Source: an uncultured Actinomycetota bacterium (GTDB lineage Bacteria > Actinomycetota > Actinomycetes > Mycobacteriales > Mycobacteriaceae). Taken from it: 64,000 nt of DNA. The translations under genes and the position numbers were made by a program. The DNA lies in assembly GCA_963757215.1 (NCBI GenBank), contig CAVWQH010000001.1:26977-90976 (forward strand), given 5' to 3'. Each line of letters starts with the position of its first letter. Position 1 is the stretch's first letter. The notes below the pieces were generated by a model. The model was not told the origin of the DNA. It saw only the letters and a list, made by a program, of their open reading frames with translations, and made no database searches. Below, piece by piece: positions 44,119 to 54,145 of the stretch.

Positions 44119-45864
44119 CTAAGCGGTGGAATCCAAACGGCTGAAGTCGTCCTGTCGGTAGACCTCAACGCACGATGAACGGCGGATCTTCCCGCTGGTA
44201 GTGATCGGAATCGACCCGGGCGGAACGAGCACGAGGTCGGCCACCCGGAGCCCGTGGGACTTCGAAATGGCAGACGTGACTTGCGCTCTCACATCGCGGA
44301 GACGATCCGCCATCTCCTGGGTGTTGCCCTTGTCCTTCATCTCGGCGATCACGATCAGGCGCTCGGTGCGACCGTCCTCGACGGAGATCGCCGCGACGCG
44401 ACCGCCGCTGATCTCCTGCGTGGTGGCCTCGATGTCGTCCGGGTAGTGGTTGCGCCCGTCGACGATCAGCAGGTCCTTGATCCGCCCGATGATGTACAGC
44501 TCGCCATCGTGGATGGTGCCCAGGTCGCCGGTGCGCAGCCACGGGCCGAGCGGAGTGCCGCTCGACGGGTCGACGAGCTGACCACCGAAGGCCTTCTGGG
44601 TCTGCTGAGGCTTGCGCCAGTAGCCGGCGGCGATGTTGGCGCCGTGCAGCCAGATTTCGCCGACCATGCCGGCCGGGTTCTCGCGGCGGGTCTCCGGGTC
44701 GACAACGCGGATCATCGACGCGCGCGGGACGCCGACGCTGACCAGCTCGACCCCGGTCTCGTTGTCGCAGGCCTCGGCATGACCGGCGGACAGCTTCTCG
44801 TAGTCGAAGGTTGCCACGGTCGGCGGCCGTCCCGGGCCGGACGAGTTCACGTAGACCATCGCCTCGGCCAGGCCATACGACGGCTTCAGCGAGCTGGCCG
44901 GGAAGCCGAACTGCGAGAAGCGGTCGTTGAAGCGCCGGATGGTGGCCGCGTGCACGCGCTCGCTGCCGGACAGGATGGTGTGCACGCCGGACAGGTCGAG
45001 CCCGGCCATGTCCTCGTCGGTGGTCCGCCGGGCGGCCAGCTCGAACGCGAAGTTCGGCACCGCGGTGAAGACGCGGGTGTTGTTCGCCATCTCCTGGATC
45101 CACCGGGCGGGACGCTGCAGGAACGCCATCGGGCTCATCAGCACCGAGTGCAGACCCATGGTCAGCGCGCCGGTGATGCCCAGCAGCAGGCCCATGTCGT
45201 GGTAGACGGGCAGCCAGGACACCAGCGTGGTGTCGGTCGGCGGAATCGCGCCTTCGGCCTCGAAGTAGTCGTCACGCACCTGCTGGACGTTGGCCAGGAT
45301 GTTCTTGTGGGTGACCACGACGCCCTTCGGCGAACGCGTCGAGCCGGAGGTGTACTGCAGCACGGCGTTCTTGGTCCGCGGCGCGGGCGGGGCATTGAAG
45401 TCGGGCGTCGCGACCAGGTCGAGGCTGTCGACCTCGATCAGGGCCGGCGGTTTGCCGGGCAGCGAACGCGCGCAGCCGACGACGTCGTCGACGACAGCGG
45501 AGGTGGTCAGCAACACGGTCGGAGCGCAGTCCTGCAGCGCCGCCGTGGCCCGCTCGTCGTGGGCGCCGTACATCGGAACCGGCAGGGGCACCGCGACCAG
45601 TCCGGCCTCGAGCGCGGCATAGAAGGCGACGACATAGTCCAGGCCCTGGTGGGCCAGGATCGCGGCCCGGTCGCCCGGCGCGCCAACGGTGGCGATCTCG
45701 GCGGCCAGCACCTGGACACGGCCGTAGAGGTCACCCCAGTTGAGCGTCTGACGGTAGCCGGCCGGATCGACCTCGTAGTCGACGTACGTGTAGGCCGGTG
45801 CATCCGGTTGCTGCCGGGCCCATTCCCGCAGTACTGCGGCAATGGAAGCTTCGGTTACTGCCAT
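44119..45864 (-). CDS. fatty acyl-AMP ligase (FAAL, FadD26/FadD28-type)
   Basis: AMP-binding motif YTSGSTRSPKGV and a FAAL-like N-terminus (YTYVDYE...LNWGDL). It sits directly upstream of the PKS genes. ATG 45864 is preceded by AAGGGGTGG. Confidence 0.9.
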   Translation of the reverse strand: MAVTEASIAAVLREWARQQPDAPAYTYVDYEVDPAGYRQTLNWGDLYGRVQVLAAEIATVGAPGDRAAILAHQGLDYVVAFYAALEAGLVAVPLPVPMYGAHDERATAALQDCAPTVLLTTSAVVDDVVGCARSLPGKPPALIEVDSLDLVATPDFNAPPAPRTKNAVLQYTSGSTRSPKGVVVTHKNILANVQQVRDDYFEAEGAIPPTDTTLVSWLPVYHDMGLLLGITGALTMGLHSVLMSPMAFLQRPARWIQEMANNTRVFTAVPNFAFELAARRTTDEDMAGLDLSGVHTILSGSERVHAATIRRFNDRFSQFGFPASSLKPSYGLAEAMVYVNSSGPGRPPTVATFDYEKLSAGHAEACDNETGVELVSVGVPRASMIRVVDPETRRENPAGMVGEIWLHGANIAAGYWRKPQQTQKAFGGQLVDPSSGTPLGPWLRTGDLGTIHDGELYIIGRIKDLLIVDGRNHYPDDIEATTQEISGGRVAAISVEDGRTERLIVIAEMKDKGNTQEMADRLRDVRAQVTSAISKSHGLRVADLVLVPPGSIPITTSGKIRRSSCVEVYRQDDFSRLDSTA

Positions 45865-46228
45865 CGGGACACCACCCCTTAGATCTAGAGCCCCGGACAA
45901 CAAACAGGCGGGCGCTTGTGATGCAGGAGATTAACAGGGGCCTCGCACCTCTCGGACCAAAAACCCAAGAATGAAATAAGTGCGCCAAACATAAGACCCG
46001 TTCCAGCCAGCGTCATTGCTGGGACCATAGGTTTGCTATGTGGGTCACTTCCGGAGGCGTCCACTCCCCGGTCGCGACGTGCCTACCTTACCGGACGGTC
46101 AGATCGTTCGCATAATTCCGAATAATTAAAGTCTTTGCGGTCGATATGGCGTGGTGGAGACGTTGAGACACGTTCTCGCGATGACCGCGGCCGCTGAGCA
46201 GCTCATGGAAGTCTGCTGTCCGTCTCCT

Positions 46229-46244
46229 GTGACACCTGTGTCAC
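46229..46244. promoter_or_regulatory. palindrome GTGACAC-CT-GTGTCAC in the 660-bp TE/FAAL spacer (candidate operator)
   Basis: 7-bp inverted repeat arms separated by 2 nt, seen directly. No binding factor is assigned. Confidence 0.3.
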
Positions 46245-46525
46245 CAGTGAAACCTCCGCCGAAGAGGCGGTTTGCTGGATATCGCCGCGCCGACGCCGTG
46301 GTGTGGGGTTTTTCACTTTTTGTCCCGCCATCCCCAGTTGGACGCGCGTCGGGATCCGCGCGAGGACCCCGAGCCGGTCCGCGGTAGCCGATCTATCCAG
46401 ATTATCGGAAATACCGTCCAATTTGTCGGTTACATAATGGATTCGACAATTAAAGAACGGCGTCGTTTCCGGTTCGTGATTGGATCGGCACCGCGGGCAA
46501 CAATCGTTTCATTTAATGATGTTGC

Positions 46526-47275
46526 TCAACCCCGGCAAGTGGACAAGATCTTTGTCTCGATCTCACTAACCAACTCGGCTATGTGGTCGGTCAGATAAAA
46601 ATGGTGGCCCGGAAAAACTTTCATAGAGAACTCAGAGGTCGTGCGCTGCGACCACGGTTCCACCTTCGCGGGGGTCGCGACTTCGTCGTCGTCGCCCAGG
46701 AACGCAGAGATCGGGCAGGACAACGTCTCCCCGGGCGGGCAGTCGTATTTCGAGATCGCCTTAAGCCCGCGCAGTGTCGGCAGGATGCTGGCGGCGAATT
46801 CCTCGTTTTCGAGAAACTCAGGGTTGACACCCGTCATCTCGCTCACCGCGTCCAGCAGACCGCGGTCGGATTCGGGGACATGTTCGTAGCCGACGTGGCC
46901 CGGCGCGGCGACGGCCGAGACGAACAGGGCCGCAATCGGACTGCCCGCCTGCTCGAACCGACGCGCGACCTCGAACGCCAGCAGTCCGCCCATGCTGTGG
47001 CCGAAGAAGGTGATTTTGTCGTGCGGGTCTTCGGGCGGCTTGATCATCTGGCAAACCTTGTCGGCGAGATCGCCGATGGTGGTGAATGACCCGAGATCAT
47101 GATTACCACCGCGCCCCGGATACCGAACGGCAACGCGTTTGATATCGCTGGCAAAGGCTTTGGCGAACGGCACGTAAAACTCCGCCGATCCCCCAGCGTG
47201 CGGAAAGATGAAAAGCTTCGGTGGCTGCCCAGTCACGCGGCAACGATACAGTCCCCCACCTGCCCGCCCCACCAT
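46526..47275 (-). CDS. type II thioesterase (TesA-like)
   Basis: LFIFPHAGGS and GHSMGG motifs. Length and sequence blocks read like M. tuberculosis TesA. Confidence 0.85.
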   Translation of the reverse strand: MVGRAGGGLYRCRVTGQPPKLFIFPHAGGSAEFYVPFAKAFASDIKRVAVRYPGRGGNHDLGSFTTIGDLADKVCQMIKPPEDPHDKITFFGHSMGGLLAFEVARRFEQAGSPIAALFVSAVAAPGHVGYEHVPESDRGLLDAVSEMTGVNPEFLENEEFAASILPTLRGLKAISKYDCPPGETLSCPISAFLGDDDEVATPAKVEPWSQRTTSEFSMKVFPGHHFYLTDHIAELVSEIETKILSTCRG

Positions 47276-47533
47276 GACGCGGCAGGACCGACCTCCACGG
47301 CCCGGGTTACTGGCGTTGGCTTAATCAATTGAAAACCTGTGAAAAAGCCAAGAAATTACTGAGCCGTTTTTGCCGGGTCGGTTTCGCCGAATCATCTACC
47401 GCCAAACGCAAAAAAGCCTTACGATTTCTCCGCCATGACGTGTGGCAATCGCGCCAGGGGAGGTCTATCCAAACGCCCAGCCTCAAGTACTGTTCAAGAC
47501 AGTATGGGCCCGGGTCGTGGGAAGGGTTTGAAG

Positions 47534-47830
47534 ATGTTCGTTACTACACAACCAGACGTGCTGCAGGGGGCTGCGGGAACGTTGTCCGGCATCGGGGATG
47601 CCATGGTCGCCCGTAACTCGGCTGCCGCCGCACCGACGACAGGTTTGGCACCTGCTGCCTCGGACCTCGTCTCGGCGATGACGGCTGCTCAGTTCGGTCA
47701 GCACGGCGCGCTGTACCAGCAGATCGCCGCCCAGGCCGCCGAGGTGCACGAGCAGCTGGTGTCCGCGCTGCGCTCCGGCGCCGCCGCCTATGCGCTGACC
47801 GAGGCGACCAACATCGCCTCCGCGCACTAG
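47534..47830 (+). CDS. PE family protein (PE-only, 98 aa)
   Basis: MFVTTQPDVLQGAAGTLSGIG...AAQF...YQ...A PE-domain pattern. ATG 47534 follows GGGAAGGG. The longer listed ORF start was rejected. Confidence 0.9.
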   Translation: MFVTTQPDVLQGAAGTLSGIGDAMVARNSAAAAPTTGLAPAASDLVSAMTAAQFGQHGALYQQIAAQAAEVHEQLVSALRSGAAAYALTEATNIASAH

Positions 47831-47848
47831 TCGGATCGCGGGTTCGGA

Positions 47849-49060
47849 ATGAGCTTTTCGCTGATACCTCCGGAGATCAACTCCGCGCTGATGTACTCCG
47901 GCGCGGGATCCGGTCCGTTGTTGGAGGCCGCGACGGCGTGGGATGGACTGGCCGCCGACCTCGAGGCCACCGCCACGCAGTACCAGACCGCGGTCACCAA
48001 CCTGACCACCGGGACGTGGCTCGGTCCGTCATCGGCTCACATGGCCGCGGCTGCCGAGCCCTACATCGCCTGGCTGCAGAGCACCGCGACCGAAGCCGCC
48101 CAGACCGGGGCCCAGGCCAAGGCTGCCGCCGCCGCCTACCAGACCGCTTACTCGTCGATGGTTCCGCCGCCGGTGATTTCGGCCAACCGGGCCGAGCTGA
48201 CCACGCTGGTGTCCAACAACTTCCTCGGGCAGAACACCGGGGCGATCGCCCAGAACGAGGCCAACTACCTGGAGATGTGGATCCAGGACGCGCTGGGCAT
48301 GGACACCTACCACCAGAGCGCGACGGGAGCTTCAGCCGGACTGCCGGCGCAGACAGCGGCACCACTGGTGACCAGCGGCTCGCAGGCGGCCGCCCCGGCA
48401 GCTGCGACGGCTGACTCCGGCAGCAACGCACTCACCATTGGGATCCTGCAAGCGATTGCAGACCTGTTCGGCTATACCGGAAGTGCGCCGACGGACCTGT
48501 CCGCCACTTCACTGGCGACCTGGCTTCCCGGAGTAACGACGGCTCTGGCCGCAAACCCAAGTGCCGCACTGCTTCCCGTCCAGGCGACGTACTACATGGG
48601 CATGCTGGGCAGCACTCCCGCCCGTATGTTCATGAGCGGTGGCAGCGGTGGTGCCGCCACCGGCACGGCCGACACGCTGGTCAGCATGAAGGACTCGCTG
48701 CTGGACAACGTCGGCAAGCTGATCGACGGCAAGGCGGCCTCCGTGATGAGCGGCGTGACCGGTCAGCTGGGTAAGTGGGGTGCGGGCATCCAGGCCGGCA
48801 TTCAGGCTCAGATGGCCAGCGCCATGCACGCGGGCGGGCTGTCGGTGCCGCACGCCTGGCACACCGGCGCGGAGGGCGCCATGGATCGCGCTGCCCCGCT
48901 GATGCCGTCTACCAGCGTCGCCGCACCGAGCCTGATGCACGGCCTGCCCACCAGCCCGTTCTCCCAGGGCCTGATGGGCGCGCTGGCCGGACGCGGCATG
49001 ACCTCCATGGGCTCGCGTGTCGCCGCCAAGGTGATGCCACGCTCGCCCGCCGGCGGATAA
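47849..49060 (+). CDS. PPE family protein (PPE-SVP subtype)
   Basis: N-terminus MSFSLIPPEINSALMYSGAGSGPL and C-terminal GGLSVPHAW (SVP motif). Confidence 0.9.
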   Translation: MSFSLIPPEINSALMYSGAGSGPLLEAATAWDGLAADLEATATQYQTAVTNLTTGTWLGPSSAHMAAAAEPYIAWLQSTATEAAQTGAQAKAAAAAYQTAYSSMVPPPVISANRAELTTLVSNNFLGQNTGAIAQNEANYLEMWIQDALGMDTYHQSATGASAGLPAQTAAPLVTSGSQAAAPAAATADSGSNALTIGILQAIADLFGYTGSAPTDLSATSLATWLPGVTTALAANPSAALLPVQATYYMGMLGSTPARMFMSGGSGGAATGTADTLVSMKDSLLDNVGKLIDGKAASVMSGVTGQLGKWGAGIQAGIQAQMASAMHAGGLSVPHAWHTGAEGAMDRAAPLMPSTSVAAPSLMHGLPTSPFSQGLMGALAGRGMTSMGSRVAAKVMPRSPAGG

Positions 49061-49114
49061 AATTCGTCAACCGACAACGAAATAACTTCACACGCCCACC
49101 AGAAGGAGAGAGAT

Positions 49115-49411
49115 ATGCCTACACGTTTTATGACTGACCCGCACGAGATGCGTTCGATGGCCGGACGTTTCGATGTGCACGCGCAGACCGTCGAGGATGA
49201 GGCCCGCAAGATGTGGGCGTCGAGCCAAAACATCGCCGGGGCCGGCTGGAGCGGTACCGCTCAGGCCACGTCCTACGACACCATGGGCCAGATGAACACC
49301 GCGTTCCGCAACATCGTCAACATGCTGCACGGGGTCCGGGACGGGTTGATCCGCGACGCCAACAACTACGAGGCCCAAGAGCAGGGCTCCCAGCAGATCC
49401 TGTCCAGCTAG
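49115..49411 (+). CDS. WXG100 protein, CFP-10-like QILSS subfamily (EsxK/EsxM type)
   Basis: 98 aa reading ...[44 protein letters not shown]...QQILSS. Confidence 0.9.
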   Translation: MPTRFMTDPHEMRSMAGRFDVHAQTVEDEARKMWASSQNIAGAGWSGTAQATSYDTMGQMNTAFRNIVNMLHGVRDGLIRDANNYEAQEQGSQQILSS

Positions 49412-49442
49412 CCGATCACCGAAAACTTTTAGGAGAACCCTC

Positions 49443-49727
49443 ATGTCGATCAGTTACCAGTTCGGTGATGTCGATGCCCACGGCGCGTTGATCCGTTCCC
49501 AGGCCGCCTCTTTGGAGGCCGAGCACCAGGCCATCGTGCGCGATGTGCTGGCTGCCGGTGACTTCTGGGGTGGCTCGGGTTCGGTGGCCTGCCAGGAGTT
49601 CATCACCCAGTTGGGCCGCAACTTCCAGGTCATCTACGAACAAGCCAACAGCCACGGCCAGAAGGTGCAGACCGCAGGCAACAACATGGCCTCCACCGAC
49701 TCCGCCGTCGGATCCAGCTGGGCCTGA
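49443..49727 (+). CDS. WXG100 protein, ESAT-6-like Mtb9.9 subfamily (EsxL/EsxN type)
   Basis: 94 aa reading MSISYQFGDVDAHGALIRSQAASLEAEHQAIVRDVLAAGDFWGG...SAVGSSWA. Confidence 0.9.
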   Translation: MSISYQFGDVDAHGALIRSQAASLEAEHQAIVRDVLAAGDFWGGSGSVACQEFITQLGRNFQVIYEQANSHGQKVQTAGNNMASTDSAVGSSWA

Positions 49728-49735
49728 CCCACCAC

Positions 49736-49767
49736 AACGCCAACTGCGTTGGCGTTGAACGCTTTTC
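49736..49767 (+). terminator. putative intrinsic terminator after the esx pair
   Basis: Perfect 9-bp stem aacgccaac / gttggcgtt with a 3-nt loop, starting 9 nt after the stop and followed by gaacgcuuuucg. Confidence 0.5.
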
Positions 49768-49966
49768 GTGGCGCCGGCAGCGCCCGCACCCTGCGGGCCT
49801 GTCGGCGTTTTCGTTGGCGGCGGGCACCCGTCGCCCAGTAATCGGCTGTGATATCGCGGATGGTCACGAATTGAAAAAAGGATGTCACCGCCCTTAGAGG
49901 CGGATGTGACGGGTGAGCCTCGTCGGAGTGTTCGCGACGCCGAGCGACGGTCCGGTCCCGCTCTCG

Positions 49967-49983
49967 GTGGTACCAGTGGTACC
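49967..49983. promoter_or_regulatory. tandem GTGGTACC repeat (two GGTACC palindromes, 9-bp period) upstream of the SDR gene
   Basis: gtggtacc a gtggtacc seen directly, about 40 nt before ATG 50022. Confidence 0.25.
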
Positions 49984-50021
49984 GGCTAACCTGAACGACA
50001 ACCTCGCGACAAGGAGCGTTC

Positions 50022-50852
50022 ATGGAAGGCTTTGCCGGAAAAGTTGCCGCAGTGACGGGCGCCGGATCGGGAATCGGCCGGGCGCTGGCCCTCGCACTCG
50101 GCCGCTCGGGCGCTTCGCTGGCGATCAGCGACGTCGACCTCGAGGGGCTGGCCACGACCGAAGAGCAACTCACGGCCATCGGCGCTGCGGTCCGCAGCGA
50201 CCGCCTCGACGTCACCGAGCGTGAGGCCTTCGGAATCTATGCCGACACCATCAACGCGCACTACGGCAAGGTCAATCAGATCTACAACAACGCCGGAATC
50301 GCCTACACCGGCGATGTCGACATCACCGCGTTCAAGGACATCGAGCGGGTGATGGACGTCGACTTCTGGGGAGTTGTCAACGGCACCAAGGCTTTTCTGC
50401 CGCATCTTGTCGCCTCCGGCGACGGTCACGTCGTCAATATCTCCAGTCTGTTCGGGCTGCTGTCGGTTCCGGGGCAGGCCGCCTACAACTCGGCCAAGTT
50501 CGCGGTCCGCGGTTTCACCGAGGCATTGCGACAAGAGATGGTGCTCAACCGCGAGCCGGTCAAGGTGACGACGGTGCACCCGGGCGGCATCAAGACCGCG
50601 ATCGCGCGCAACGGCCTGACCGCCGAGGGAGTCAGCGCGGATGCGCAGTCCAAGGTCTTCGACAAGCGACTGGCCTCCACCACCCCGGAGCGGGCGGCCG
50701 AGATCATCTTGGACGGTGTCCGCAAGAACAAGGCCCGGGTGCTGGTCGGCCAGGACGCCGTTGTGATCGACTTGCTGGTGCGAATCACCGGTTCGCACTA
50801 CCAGCGGCTGTTCGCACCGGTGATCGGCAGGATCAAGCCGCCGTCGCGCTAG
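50022..50852 (+). CDS. short-chain dehydrogenase/reductase (SDR)
   Basis: TGAGSGIGRALA, NNAG, and YNSAK (YxxxK). Confidence 0.9.
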   Translation: MEGFAGKVAAVTGAGSGIGRALALALGRSGASLAISDVDLEGLATTEEQLTAIGAAVRSDRLDVTEREAFGIYADTINAHYGKVNQIYNNAGIAYTGDVDITAFKDIERVMDVDFWGVVNGTKAFLPHLVASGDGHVVNISSLFGLLSVPGQAAYNSAKFAVRGFTEALRQEMVLNREPVKVTTVHPGGIKTAIARNGLTAEGVSADAQSKVFDKRLASTTPERAAEIILDGVRKNKARVLVGQDAVVIDLLVRITGSHYQRLFAPVIGRIKPPSR

Positions 50853-51701
50853 TCAGCGGCCTAACGGGTGCTCGTTCAGCCAGGCGTCGGCCACTGCCTG
50901 CGGATCGGCCCCCGCGCTCACCTGGCGGCGCATGTCGACCAGCGCGGCGGTATCCAGCACGCCGGCCACTTCGTTGACCGCCAGCAGCTGTCGGGTCGAC
51001 AACTCGTTGCGGCGGTAGAGCGGCACCACGTTCTCGGCCTGCACCAGCGCCGGCTTGCCGTCGGTGAGCACCACCAGATCGCCGGGCACACTCGGGTCGG
51101 CCGTTGTGGTCCAGGCCGCCGTCACCTCTCCCGACTTCACGGCCGCGAAAAGCGCTGCCTCATCACCGAACTCGCGGCTCTCGGGCAGCCGGCACCTACC
51201 GACCTCCGACGGCGTGATCGCACCGGCGACCGAGCCGACGGTCAGCCCGTCGCAATGGCGGGTCAGCACGCCGAGATCGCTGCCGCCCCAATCCTTTGAC
51301 GTCGACCCGGCAACCGCCAACGCGGGTTTGTCCTCGGCGGCGGTGGTGTAATCACCGGCCGCGATGCCCTCCGGCAGGGCGCCGATCATCGCCTTGTAGA
51401 CCTGCGAGTCCGACCGGACGCCGGCTCCCGGCTGGAAGGCCTGTAACACCCGACCGGTGAGGCTGGGGACGACGACGAACGCGCCGGAGTCCAACTTGGA
51501 CAATGGATCTGGCGCCTGCTCGGTGCGCGCCGGGAAACCGTAAGACCGTAGGGCACCGGTGTAGACATCGGCCAGCAGCGTCGACTCGACACCGGCCCGG
51601 GACCCGACCACCAACTCGGCCTGGCGTGGCGTGCTGTGGCCGCACCCCCCGATCGCCAGCGCAGCGGTCAACGCCAGCGCGGCGAACCGGCTGCTGGTCA
51701 C
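50853..51701 (-). CDS. lipoprotein, glycine-betaine/osmoprotectant ABC substrate-binding (OpuAC-like) family
   Basis: Lipobox LAIGGC after a signal peptide. The overall pattern reads OpuAC-like, and this assignment is the weakest part. The GTG start overlaps the malic enzyme stop (GTGA). Confidence 0.55.
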   Translation of the reverse strand: MTSSRFAALALTAALAIGGCGHSTPRQAELVVGSRAGVESTLLADVYTGALRSYGFPARTEQAPDPLSKLDSGAFVVVPSLTGRVLQAFQPGAGVRSDSQVYKAMIGALPEGIAAGDYTTAAEDKPALAVAGSTSKDWGGSDLGVLTRHCDGLTVGSVAGAITPSEVGRCRLPESREFGDEAALFAAVKSGEVTAAWTTTADPSVPGDLVVLTDGKPALVQAENVVPLYRRNELSTRQLLAVNEVAGVLDTAALVDMRRQVSAGADPQAVADAWLNEHPLGR

Positions 51702-52888
51702 TCCGCGGTATCTGCAGCGGCCGCAACCGCGGCGGCGACCGCCGGCTCGACCCGTGGATCGAGGGGACTCGGCACGATCCGGTCCTTCGCCAGGTCATCG
51801 ACAGCGATAGAGTAGATCGCTTCGGCCGCAGCAATTTTCATCTCTTCGGTGATCCGTCGGGCACCGGCGTCCAGCGCTCCGCGGAACACGCCCGGGAAGG
51901 CCAGCACGTTGTTGATCTGGTTCGCGAAGTCGCTGCGCCCAGTGGCGACGATCGACGCGTGCTTGGCCGCCACGGCCGGGTGGACCTCCGGGTCGGGATT
52001 CGACAGCGCGAACACGATGCTCTTCGGCGCCATGGTCGCGATGAGTTCCTCGGGAACCACGCCACCGGAGACGCCAACGAAGACGTCGGCACCCTCGAGC
52101 GCCTCGACCATGCCGCCGGTGCGGTCCAGCGGGTTGGTGCGGGCCGCCAGTTCGGCCTTGACCCCGTTCATGCCGGCTCGGTCGCGGTGCAGAATGCCCT
52201 GCGAGTCGAGCACGGTGATGTCCGAAATACCCCGGGCCTGAAGCAGATTGGCGCATGCGACACCGGCGGCGCCGGCGCCGGAGACGACGACCCGCAGCCT
52301 GGTCATGTCACGGTTCAGCACGGTCGCGGCACCCATCAGCGCGGACAGCACGACGATCGCGGTGCCGTGCTGGTCGTCGTGCATCACCGGGCAGTCCAGC
52401 GCTTCGACAAGGCGGCGCTCGATCTCGAAGCAGCGCGGCGCGGCGATGTCCTCGAGGTTGACCGCGCCGAACGTCGGGCGCAGCCGTACCAGCGTCTCGA
52501 CGATCTCGTCGGGCTCCTTGGTGTCCAGCACGATCGGGATGGCATCCAGCCCGGCGAACTCCTTGAACAGTCCGCACTTGCCTTCCATCACCGGCAGCGA
52601 GGCGGCCGGGCCGATGTCCCCCAGGCCGAGCACGGCGCTGCCGTCGCTGACCACCGCGACCAGTCGTGCCGACCAGGTGTAGCGGGCGGCCAGCGTGTGA
52701 TCACCGGCGATCGCGCGGCTCACCTGTGCCACGCCCGGGGTGTAGGCGATCGACAACGAGCGCTGGGTGTCCAGCGCCGTCGTCAGGCCGACGGAAAGCT
52801 TGCCCCCTGAGTGCGCCTCAAAGATCTCCGCATCGGTGATCGCGCCGTCTTCAGAATGGGTCTGTATCGATTCAATCAACTCAGACAC
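51698..52888 (-). CDS. NAD(P)-dependent malic enzyme (short, MaeB-N-type)
   Basis: AYTPGVA, VVSDGSAVLGLGDIG, DDQHGTA, and the GAGAAG dinucleotide fold. Confidence 0.85.
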   Translation of the reverse strand: MSELIESIQTHSEDGAITDAEIFEAHSGGKLSVGLTTALDTQRSLSIAYTPGVAQVSRAIAGDHTLAARYTWSARLVAVVSDGSAVLGLGDIGPAASLPVMEGKCGLFKEFAGLDAIPIVLDTKEPDEIVETLVRLRPTFGAVNLEDIAAPRCFEIERRLVEALDCPVMHDDQHGTAIVVLSALMGAATVLNRDMTRLRVVVSGAGAAGVACANLLQARGISDITVLDSQGILHRDRAGMNGVKAELAARTNPLDRTGGMVEALEGADVFVGVSGGVVPEELIATMAPKSIVFALSNPDPEVHPAVAAKHASIVATGRSDFANQINNVLAFPGVFRGALDAGARRITEEMKIAAAEAIYSIAVDDLAKDRIVPSPLDPRVEPAVAAAVAAAADTAE

Positions 52889-52946
52889 ACAGCCCAGCGT
52901 ACTGACTACTCATTAGTAGCCCTAATCGACAAAACCCGGCGAACTG

Positions 52947-53942
52947 TCAGATCAGGCCCAGATCGGTGACCGCGCTGCGCTCGTCGGCGAGTTCGGCCGT
53001 CGACTTGTCGATCCGCTCACGGGAGAAGTCGTTGATCTCCAGGCCCTGCACGATGCTCCAGTCGCCGCCGGAGGTGGTGACCGGGAACGACGAGATGAGG
53101 CCCTCGGGCACGCCGTAGGAGCCGTCGGAGAAGACAGCCATCGACACCCAGTCGTCCTTCGGGCTGCCCAGCAGCCAGTCGCGGGCCGCGTCGATGGTCG
53201 CCGATGCCGCCGAGGCGGCCGACGAGCTGCCACGCGCGTCGATGATCGCTGCGCCGCGCTTGGCGACGGTCGGGATGAAGTCGTCGGCGATCCACTTCTC
53301 GTCGCCCACGACCTCGGCGGCGTTCTTGCCGTTGATCTCGGCGTGGAAGATGTCCGGGTACTGGGTGGCCGAGTGGTTGCCCCAGATGGTGACCTTCTTG
53401 ATGTCGGTGACCTTGGCGCCGGTCTTCTTCGACAGCTGCGAGATGGCCCGGTTGTGGTCCAGACGGGTCAGCGCGGAGAACCGCTCCTTGGGGATGTCCG
53501 GTGCGTTGTTCAGCGCGATCAGCGCGTTGGTGTTGGCCGGGTTACCGGTGACTCCGATGCGGACGTCGTCGGCGGCCACGGAGTTCAGCGCCTTGCCCTG
53601 GGCGGTGAAGATGGCACCGTTGGCCTCCAGCAGGTCGCCGCGCTCCATGCCCGGGCCGCGCGGGCGGGCGCCGACGAGCAGCGCCAGGTTCACGCCGTCG
53701 AAGATCTTGTTGGGATCGGCACCGATCTGCACGCCGGACAGCAGCGGGAACGCCCCGTCGTCGAGCTCCATCACCACACCCTCGAGCGTCTTCAACGCGG
53801 GCTCGATCTCCAGCAGCCGCAGCTCGATCGGGCGGTCCGGGCCCAGCAACGAGCCGCTGGCCAGGCGAAACAGCAGACTGTAGCCGATCTGGCCGGCGGC
53901 ACCGGTGACGGCAACCTTCAGGGGGGTAGTGCTCACGGTCAT
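52947..53942 (-). CDS. mdh: malate dehydrogenase
   Basis: [33 protein letters not shown], and IWGNHS. Confidence 0.9.
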   Translation of the reverse strand: MTVSTTPLKVAVTGAAGQIGYSLLFRLASGSLLGPDRPIELRLLEIEPALKTLEGVVMELDDGAFPLLSGVQIGADPNKIFDGVNLALLVGARPRGPGMERGDLLEANGAIFTAQGKALNSVAADDVRIGVTGNPANTNALIALNNAPDIPKERFSALTRLDHNRAISQLSKKTGAKVTDIKKVTIWGNHSATQYPDIFHAEINGKNAAEVVGDEKWIADDFIPTVAKRGAAIIDARGSSSAASAASATIDAARDWLLGSPKDDWVSMAVFSDGSYGVPEGLISSFPVTTSGGDWSIVQGLEINDFSRERIDKSTAELADERSAVTDLGLI

Positions 53943-54145
53943 TCGCTCCTTAAGTGGAGGTTTGGGGCATGCCTCGAATTGGGGCGTCGGGTCGAAACTA
54001 GCGCACCCGCAGAGTTGGGAAATCCCTACCCCACCTCGGTGTCAGCTGCGTCACCTCTGCGCCGTCTGCGGGCGGGCGATCGCCATCTAGGGCGCGTAGC
54101 ATGACCGAGGCTTTATCGGATCCGAGCTGCGACGGGAGGTGAAGG

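Noticed and set aside
46151-46598. Small ORFs inside the thioesterase/FAAL gap (46151-46387 +, 46203-46421 -, 46272-46598 +)
   Set aside because: They have no recognisable motif, odd composition, overlap one another and overlap the thioesterase 3' end. I treat them as non-coding pending homology evidence.
49634-50798. Minus-strand ORFs 49634-50215 and 49986-50798
   Set aside because: They are antisense to, or overlap, the well-supported SDR gene (TGAGSGIG, YxxxK) and show no motifs of their own.
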